Shown here: piece after piece, positions 55,134 through 64,000 of the stretch
How positions within the stretch are numbered: position 1 is the stretch's first letter
How the letters are laid out: each line of letters begins with the position of its first letter
Source: Trichinella spiralis
Taxonomy: Eukaryota
Direction of reading: 5' to 3'
Assembly: GCF_000181795.1 (NCBI RefSeq)
Contig: NW_003526945.1
Span: 955,766 to 1,019,765, forward strand
Length of the DNA stretch: 64,000 nucleotides
The notes under the pieces: model-generated
Databases searched by the model: none
What the model saw: only the letters and a program-made list of their open reading frames with translations
What the model was told of the DNA's origin: nothing
Position numbers and translations under genes: made by a program

Positions 55134-58100
55134 GATGAGTTTCAGTTGGCTAAAATAGCATTACCAATTCTCAAAATATACATGTTGGTGCACGAGCCCG
55201 GTAGAACATGGGTCATTACGTCACAAACTTTCATCACTAGTAAATTTAAATTACTTTATAAAGGAAAGGTTCCGTAAAATTATGACAAATTACTGCCAAT
55301 TTCAAAATATGAATAAGTGCTATTTGTAATCAAAATGAATAACTGCAGATAAATGTACATAGGTACTTATTAGTTACTTATATAACATGGATATTCGTGT
55401 GTACATAATTTATATCAGTTTAAAGTTAATTTAATATTATTATGCATATAGGCATTACTTTGTTAACTTTTCACTGTGATTTACTTATATTTAAGAAAAT
55501 ATCAACTTTTTAATAATGTCTATCAAATGACAAGTAAGGTCAAATATTTGTGATTAAGCAGCAATGTTCCATCTGTCTATTTGTTTTCAAAAATTTGAAT
55601 GTTTTTATGAAAAAAATAAGCAATACACATTTTATTATAAGTATATTAATATTTTTTCAGATATTTTGCTGTTAGAAGATGTAATACTCTTACTGTAAAA
55701 TCGTTAACAAGAAAAAAATGTACTGCAGATGGCATTTCAGTTTTTACATCATTTTGTCAGCTTTATAGAAAAGCTTTGCAATCTTTTCGTGCGTAATTTT
55801 CAGTTAATTTTTGATTGAACAAACTGCACTGCATTTTTGAAATGCATTTTTCACTGTCTTTAATTATGCATTGATGCAAACAGTTTGTTATTTCATTTCA
55901 AAGCAAACTCATTTTGAAAAGCATGGAATCTCTCAAGGTTTGCTAATTAAAAATAATAATCTACAGAGCAAGAGTATTTATTGTTGGAGTGAAAACATGA
56001 TGCAGTTAATTGATGATGAAAAGCTTACTTGAAAGATTGAGCTGAAGATTAATTGCCATAAAAATGAAATGCTACTAATCAGATTAAACAAACATTAGTA
56101 ATATTAATAACGGCGGTGTTCGCACTATCAGAAATCCTTTTGACAGTTTGTTTTTCTTATATTTAATTAAAATGGTTTTTAATTTTTTAATCAAATTTAC
56201 TGAAATAATACTGTTTCAATAAAAACAGTGCTGTTTTTATTTTTGTTTGAATAAAGTTACACTACAGTAAGAATTTTATAATATTAATTTATCGTAGAAT
56301 GTGAGTAATATTGTTTGAGAATTTTATTTATTATTATTGCATAATATTTATAAATAAATTAATTTTTAAATTATCTTTCACATTACGAGCATTTATTTGT
56401 TGAAATTGCACTGAATTGTACTTGAAAATTGCTTTATTAAATGTAATTTTATGACTTGCGATGATTGTTTTTTTTTCAAAATTTTGTTGGCAATTTTACA
56501 TTTTTGTACAAAAATATATAGTTTATAAATTTTAAAATTGAAAATGTAATTTTATGCCTTTTAATAATTTTTAAATCTGAAAAAGAAAAAAAAACGTTGC
56601 ATATGAATGATGATGATTGAATTGTTTGTCAACTGTTGAATGAATTGAAACTTTGCTGTGTTAATTGAAACTTGGTTGAAAAGTGCACAAAAAAATAAAG
56701 GCAATATTGAACGTATTTGGATATTTCACGCGAGAAGTGAATGTTGAATTTCAATTATTGCGATGTAATAATAATTTTAAGAAATGACACAATAAATTGT
56801 TCTATTATTCATGGAAATGTGCGTTGAAAAATCAATCAATGGTATCGAAGAGAAGAAGTTGAAGTTGAATTTATTGTTGGCAAAGTATTTTTTGCTTGTC
56901 GGTCAGTGTACAGATTTGTTGTTTGCCTTCTTCGACAGCTAATAACTTCAGCTTTTCCAACCTTGTTCGGATTGTTTGCCAAGCACAGACGCGCCCTGTA
57001 GGCGACCAAATCATTTGTTATAGTTTTGTGTGCTTTTATGTTTTTCCGTCGTTCGCTTTACTACTTGCTAATTATTCATTTGTTGATTCGGTGACAAAGA
57101 AAGCAAACGTTGGCCGAATTGCAGCTTTTACGTTAAGCATGAATAATTTTCAACTTTGCAAGCGAATAATTCTCTCCGGTCATCGATCAACAACAGCAAC
57201 AACAAGAGCAAGAACATTAAGCCTTGCGCGAGTTGGCCACTTTGGTCGACGCTTTATCCGTGCCATAAGCATCCGTGTTGTGTTGTTTCATTGCTTTTTC
57301 AATTTTTGAATTAAGCTCGTCAAACATTTCCTTGCCCGAGGATTTCGAGTTGTCAGTTTTATTCACATTTATCTTCAACATTCGGGCTAATTGCTTGCTG
57401 TTATTTACGGCCGATACTTTTATTTGTTGGAAAGCAATATTTTAAAATATACGTATATATATACATATGAATGTTTTTTTGTTCTTTATAGTTGGAGCAT
57501 TTGAACAACACTTTTAACACACATATCCATTCAACAACACATGCTCAGTGAACAATTTGCCTTCAAGTAAACTTTCAATGCAATGATGGTAAGAATTGAT
57601 TTTATTTTTTGCAGTAAAATTTATACTATTAATTTATATACACAACAAAAAATAGTTTAAGAAAAATTACTTATGACATGAATGAGATGTTGAATGTGAT
57701 AGTAGCTATAATAGAATTGAAAATTGTGCCCATGCATGTGTCTATGTCTGTGTGTTTATTAGTTTTATTTGAATGAGAATAATAATAAATTGCAAACAAC
57801 GTGAATGGTGTGCTTGAATGTAAAATGTCATCGTAAGATTTTTGAATAAAAATCTTGGGACGATTTTACAGACTACACCCATTTCGCCTTGACCGTTTTT
57901 ACCACGCGATCTGTTTGCTTTTATTATTTTCTCAATTTGCCTTTGATTCTTCCATTTTCGTCGAATCGTGCTGCTTCTTCAAATTTGACACGCAAATTAA
58001 GCCGTAAACAAAAACCATTTTATACATTTTTAAACTGTATAAAGTGAACAATGAAAAGTTTCTCATTGTGAATTGTGACAATAAAAATTGAACTTTTCTA

Positions 58101-59837
58101 ATAGAAATGAAAATTGAAATTTAAGAAAACAAAGAACATATTTTAAATTTATGTTGTCAAACCAATTGAGAAATGTTTTAAATTGAATTTTCAATTTCCC
58201 ACGGTTTGTTTTTTTTGTTTTCTCGTTGGCTATTGAGAGAGAGAGAGAAAAGTATCCCTAGTGGAAAGAGATTCATAAACAATGACCAATAAGTGTGTGT
58301 GTGTGTGTGTGTGTGTATGGGGGGAGAAGGAAGAGGTGTATGAAAGGGTTCTCGATTGCTTCGATGAAGCCAATCGTCCATTCATACGTTGCGCATATTT
58401 TTTGTTGCAAGTTCCATTCACTAGCCAACTGCTTGCTTTTATTGCTGTTTCTCTACTATTACTGCTGCTGCTGCTTTTGCTCTTGCTGTTGCAAGTACTT
58501 TTTGTTGAACTTTGTTGCAATTTGCCCTTTTGTCCAAGATCACAACGTTGGTGGTGTGTCAAAGTCACATACAACTTTGTCTAATGAACCAGTTGCCACC
58601 AACAATCAGTGATCAGATGAATTGCAATCTGTAAGCACAACTAAATTTTTATTTAATTAATTGTAATTTTTAATCTTATAAACTGAATGAAATTTTCATG
58701 AAATTGTTGCACAATTTTTCAAAGTAGGACTAAAAACAATACGATACCATCATTATTATCATCATCATCATCATCATATCAGCGTTGTAAATCATAATAA
58801 ATCGTTGAACAAGCGAAAATATTCGACAATTAAATTACGTCACTTTGAAATGGAATTGAAAATTTCTTTTTTCTATCATTTATTTATATACAACTTTGCT
58901 TTTGTGGAAAGAAAATATTCCAAATTTGTTTTATAGCATTAATTTAATTTTGTGATTATGAGTAAAATTGTTCTACATTCAGTAATAAATATGTTATGTA
59001 GATGTGATATTCGAAAAGCAAGCATTCTTGTTTCTATAATCTTCATATAAAGAATATACAATGAATAATATGATGAGAGATGGGAAATTTAATAAATTCG
59101 ATGTTGTATAAGATTTGAATTAAAATGGATTGGAAAAAAACAAAAAGAATAACGATCAACCGCGTGTGTGTATGTATGTATATAATATATAATAGCTTCT
59201 TGAGTTTTGTGAAAAATAAATAATAAATAAATACATTTATTCATATCATCATATATACATTGGAAATATTATTCATCATCTTTGAGACTGGATGATTTCG
59301 GCCTTGAATGAGTAGGATTGTTCTTTTTCATATTTCAACGCAGAACGTTGGCCGTTTACCAACACGTTGGCAGCGTTCAAAGTGCAATGACTTGGTTGGC
59401 TTCTCGTATAATTTCTTCTTCGTCTTCTGCTTGGTGATGATGATTCTTCGTTCTTGGAATTGAACTTCCCAGCATCAAGCATACAGGCGCGTCGATTGGC
59501 ACGTTCCAAATTTTCACAAACCGGCCCACACTTTCTCAGTTGCTCATTACCCCGGATGTTATATGGTCGAAGAGCATTTTGAAAATATTAACCGATTTTG
59601 ACCCACGGCATGTTTTGCTTGTGTGCATATTTTCACGCTTAGTGAAGGCCGGCCATTATTCTGTGTATATTTTTCTGCCATCTTTCCGCCACCGCCCGCC
59701 TACCCTTCTTTTTGGTTCTTTTTGTCGGCCCGAGCGGTCGCAATTGATCCATCCAACTGTGATCGTCATGTTTTCCGCACGGACGGCAGCTGCATGTCGC
59801 TCTCTCCTGAGGACAAATCATTCGCGCTTTCTTCGCC

Positions 59838-62800
59838 ATGAGGTATGCAATCAATCAATAAAAGCTTTCAAGCCGCTTCATGTCATTCATTCACTCACTC
59901 TGTCTGTCTGTCTGTCTGTCTGTCTGTCGCTGTCATCTCTGCTTTCTCCCTCTCTAACTTTCCTTTTTTTGTGGGTGTGTCTGCACTTGTATACAACTTT
60001 CTCTACACACACACACACACACACACTCTCTCTCTCTCTTCCTATTGATTTATCTTTTTAAATTTATTCTTATTACAGATCATCATTACAGTTTCATATT
60101 TGTTTCTGTCGGGATCTTTATGGAAATTTTAATTTTAGACTCACAACAACAACAACAATCAGTGCTGACCTTGTTCCGGCCAGCTCTTCAGTGATGCGCA
60201 GAGAAGCTGCCGCCATGGTGGAAATGTGCACATTGTCGTCGTCGTCGTCGTCGTCGGTGATTGACAGCAGTGTTGATTTCACTTCGGCTAAAGCTGTTTT
60301 TGAACGACTCGAACGGGCAAGCCAAGCTGAAGCGCTGAAAAAGTCATCCGCACCGCCGGTACCTCCCAAACCGAACAAGCTGCTTTCGACAAATTTCGCA
60401 TCTTGCCAACAATCCAACGACCAATTGCAAAATCCAATTATGGAGATGAACCGTGAATTCAGTCGACTAGTGTCGGCAATGGAAAATGCCGTCACCGATT
60501 ATAATAATAAGCCAATTAATAATGGTGATGCATCAACTGATATTATTGGTCAAACATTGTTGGTAACAGAAGAAGAAGAAGAACAAGCTGTTGCTGATCT
60601 GCATCATTCTACAACCTCTGACCAACAGAATAATTGTGATAATATTGTTACCAGCAAAGAATACGAACCATATTGGCGCAGTTATTCGTGGTATGCACGA
60701 AGATACGATTCTGAAAATATTCCAATGTTGAACAACCCGGTGGTATTTTCATCGTTGAACAATTATTTCAATAATAAACAAAAAATTGCAAATCCAACAT
60801 GCAAATCATCATCACCAGTTGAAAGTCAAAAAAATACGTAAGTACGAACAGCATTTTTAAATTAATTTATCTGAAAAAAATTATTGTTTTTCGGGTAATT
60901 GTCCATTCCACTTGGAAGAGGTTATTATCTATTATTCCTTTTTTCACTTTGTTCATTACAATGGATTTTGCCAGTTTATTGATTTTGAAAATCACCAATC
61001 AGTTATTATCTTTTTTTTCATTTTCTTGTATCATTTGCATAATTCGGAGATTGTTTGGATTTTTTCAGTATTGTAAAATTTGTTTATTCACAACCGGCAG
61101 GAAATGGGGAAATCAATATGTCATTATTACGATATATGTATATATATATATATATAAAGGTTTACCTTGTTATATTGACAAGTGGACAAATTCTCCGAGG
61201 GACGAAGCGACGTTTGTTTAAATTAATTGACAAAATTGAAAATCTATTTCTCCCCACCCTACCCCTCCCCTTTTCCTCTCTCTTTCTCTCTCTGTGTCCC
61301 TGAGATGTGAATTGACACGTACCAAAGTTACAAATGGTTATAATTAATTAATCTTTGTAAAAGTTAACGACGAATGCACTACTCATTCGACTAGAAAATA
61401 AGTGTTTATTTTGTTTATTTGTTGCTTTTAGCTGATTTGCATATTTTTTTTGTCTTTCTTTCAATTCAGTATTATTTTTTTTTCAAATTACCCACTGAAC
61501 AACAAGTCATCCTGCTTTATTATTATTCACTGATTCTTCATTTAATCACGAGCTCGATCATCTATTTTTTATTCCATTGATAGCATTGATTAATTTCTTT
61601 TTTTTTAAAAAAATTCTGTTGTTATTTTCTAAAAATTGCAATTTTCTTTTTTCTTTCGTAAATTGAAATGCTTTTTGTTCGCAGTTGCAGAAAATTATGC
61701 CTCAGGTTGTATTGAAAACTTCTTTTTCATTTCTCTCTTGCAGATTGCTGTTCTTCTTATATGCGAACTCGAAATAAATGACATGAAGGTCAGAGTTGCA
61801 ACATTCAATCTGCTACGCTTCCCAAGCTACATTATTCCAAGCGTGACGGACAGTTGCAATTGGAAGAGATAAAAATTAAAAAAAATATTATCACTGCAAT
61901 TTTAAATTAAAAAACCTTTTACAGTATCTTTTTGAGAAAATGTATGAATAATGTATGCATTTGATGTTGTCGATATTTGACGCTACTAGGTCCAGGGTTC
62001 TGTTTCGACCATTGTCGTTCTTCAGTGATGGCATATTTTGTTATTTGTTGCTAATTTCCTGGTTTTGCGAATGTTCAGTTATTATTAAATCAATAGGCGA
62101 TGCGCAAAATTTTTCACGGAAACTTGAAAATGTGTTCGCCGGCATACGGTAGGAGAAAGCTTGTGAACAATATGAACATATTTTTCTTGACCATTTGAAA
62201 AGCTTCACTATTAACCATGCTTAATTTGTCGATTGATGACGATTTTCTTTTTATTCTTTGACAATATTTTTTTTTGGGGGGGGAGAGGGGGTTAATGAAC
62301 GCTTTGAAATTGGCACTGATTAAATGCCAAATAAAGTGAAGCATTTCAATTGTCAGAATGCTTTTCAACAATTTGATGATTGTTGTATTGTTATTTTTCA
62401 ATTCTGAACAGAATGTTTATTAGTTTTTTAAACTAAGTATGGTTTTTTTCAGTTCTGAGGCAGTTTATCGAAAAGAAATTGGCAGTTTTTCTGCGGAAAA
62501 ATCTCAGCTCAAACCTACATCCACAACTAATAATAATGGTCATGTAAGTGAAAATTACAACAACAACAACAACTGTGTCTGTATGTATTAGTTACTTGAA
62601 AAAAATGTGTATATGTTAGATTGGAGAGCAGCACAGTACTGGAGAATTGCATTTGTTAGCTGATAGCCACTTTTGGGTAGAAATACCCGGAGTTGGTGTA
62701 GATGAATTTGAAACAACTTCTTCGTCATCAACCGATTCCGATAGTGAACCAAGAGAATGCAAAGTGAAATTCAGTACCGAACCAATCAAAGTATTCATTT

Positions 62801-63171
62801 TTTGTTATTGTAATTTTGTTTAATAAAATATTTGAATGATGGGTTTATTATTTCTTTTTCCAGGTGTACAGCACGTATGGTGTAAGCGAGTATGATCGAC
62901 GCAACGATGATGTCGATCCAATAGCTGCATCTGCTGAATATGAACTTGAAAGACGACTTGAAACGATGAACATTTTTGAAGTGGATATAATAAAAGGTAA
63001 AATTATACGTTTTCCGATTGTTCTGTTTGTTTGTAAAATCAATATTTTAGGATCAGAAGGTCTAGGCTTTAGCATTATTGGCATGGGCGTGGGAGCTGAT
63101 GCAGGATTGGAAAAGTTGGGCATTTTTGTAAAGAGCATTTCTCCTGATGGAGCCGTTGCCATGGACGGAAG
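59838..63171 (+). CDS. nab-1: Neurabin/spinophilin (PP1 regulatory subunit 9, PDZ protein), 5' part; the gene continues beyond the window
   Basis: Exons 60139-60837 ([19 protein letters not shown]), 62453-62543, ~62620-62790 (PP1-binding KVKF in [11 protein letters not shown]), 62864-62996 ([32 protein letters not shown]) and 63051-63171 ([30 protein letters not shown]). The putative start is gccATGAG|gtatg at 59838; an alternative ATG lies at 60194. Confidence 0.9.
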
Positions 63172-64000
63172 GTATGATTATTGATTTTCAAATTTTCAAA
63201 CCGTACACTGAAATTTACTTAAAAATGAATCGACCATATTTATGCAGTGTAGATGTTTTCTTCTTCTTGCTAACATATATTGATCATATCGATGATTGTG
63301 CCGTTTGATCTGGGTCGTTTGGCTTTTGATCACCGAGATTGGCCATCAGTGTGTCCTTATAAGTCGGTCATGCTTCGGTGAATTAATGGTAGCACAGATG
63401 GTGCCTGTGAATTACGGTTGTGAGAGTGTAGGGCAGAGAGGCAGGGAGGGAGGGAAGGCTAGAGGTAAAAATCCTATCTGACCAAAAAGCCGTCTGTGTT
63501 CGTGCTTTTTGTTATCTCTTCTAAAAATGGGCCATTTGAGATTTTTTGATTATTTTAGTGAATTATAATTTTCTTTTCAATCAGCAAGCACGCAGGCATA
63601 CTTTATTATTACAGTTATCTCTATTCGCAATTAAGTACAACGCTACCGTACCGTTCGTTCGTTCATTGGTCGTTCCAAATTTACTTCTTAAATTTTAACA
63701 ACCACTTTACATAACAATCTGTACGTTTTTTACTTCATTCATTGAACATTAAAATTGACTAATTTTATTTTTAAGTTTATAAATTTGTTAAAAATCAATT
63801 TAACAATTGTCCATGCAAATTTTTATTCACGCAACAAATTTGCATATTTTACTTTGCGATTTTTTTGTTTTGTTTCGCATTTCACAAGTGAAAAGTAGAC
63901 GATGTTTTAATTTAAAAAAAGCCAAAAATAAAAAGAACATTAACATATTAACTACTAATGCAATAATATTAATAATGCTTGTGTAGCGCCGTCAGGCGCT

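Noticed and set aside
58230..58612. Overlapping Leu/Cys/Ser-rich ORFs
   Set aside because: They are generated by (GT)n and (CTG)n microsatellites upstream of neurabin.
61297..61320. tccctgaga, a lin-4/miR-125-like 5' end
   Set aside because: There is no complementary arm nearby to form a precursor hairpin.

Overview
AT-rich, intron-rich eukaryotic DNA with short GT-AG introns and many TTTCAG/TTTTAG acceptors. This is most consistent with a nematode; a clade I, Trichinella-like worm is my inference and is not proven. By splicing exons by hand I can support eight protein-coding genes: kazrin (minus, coiled coil plus 3 SAM domains), an FRMD3/FRMD5-like FERM protein with a C-terminal TM helix (minus), an intronless GFOD1/2-like protein (plus), a cah-3-like alpha carbonic anhydrase (plus), TAF1 (minus), a divergent SAP130-like protein (plus), PRMT7 (minus) and the 5' part of neurabin/spinophilin (plus, running off the window). 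The first ~400 bp look like low-quality homopolymer sequence, followed by a diverged ~470-bp direct duplication with decayed coding character. I found no rRNA, tRNA, CRISPR array or intact transposon, and no clearly new multi-gene system. The best leads are the cryptic SAP130-like gene head-to-head with TAF1, the open frame behind the kazrin PDZ-ligand stop codon, the N-terminally extended carbonic anhydrase lacking His64, and the intronless GFOD with a degenerate Rossmann motif. Family assignments come from recalled motifs, not database searches.
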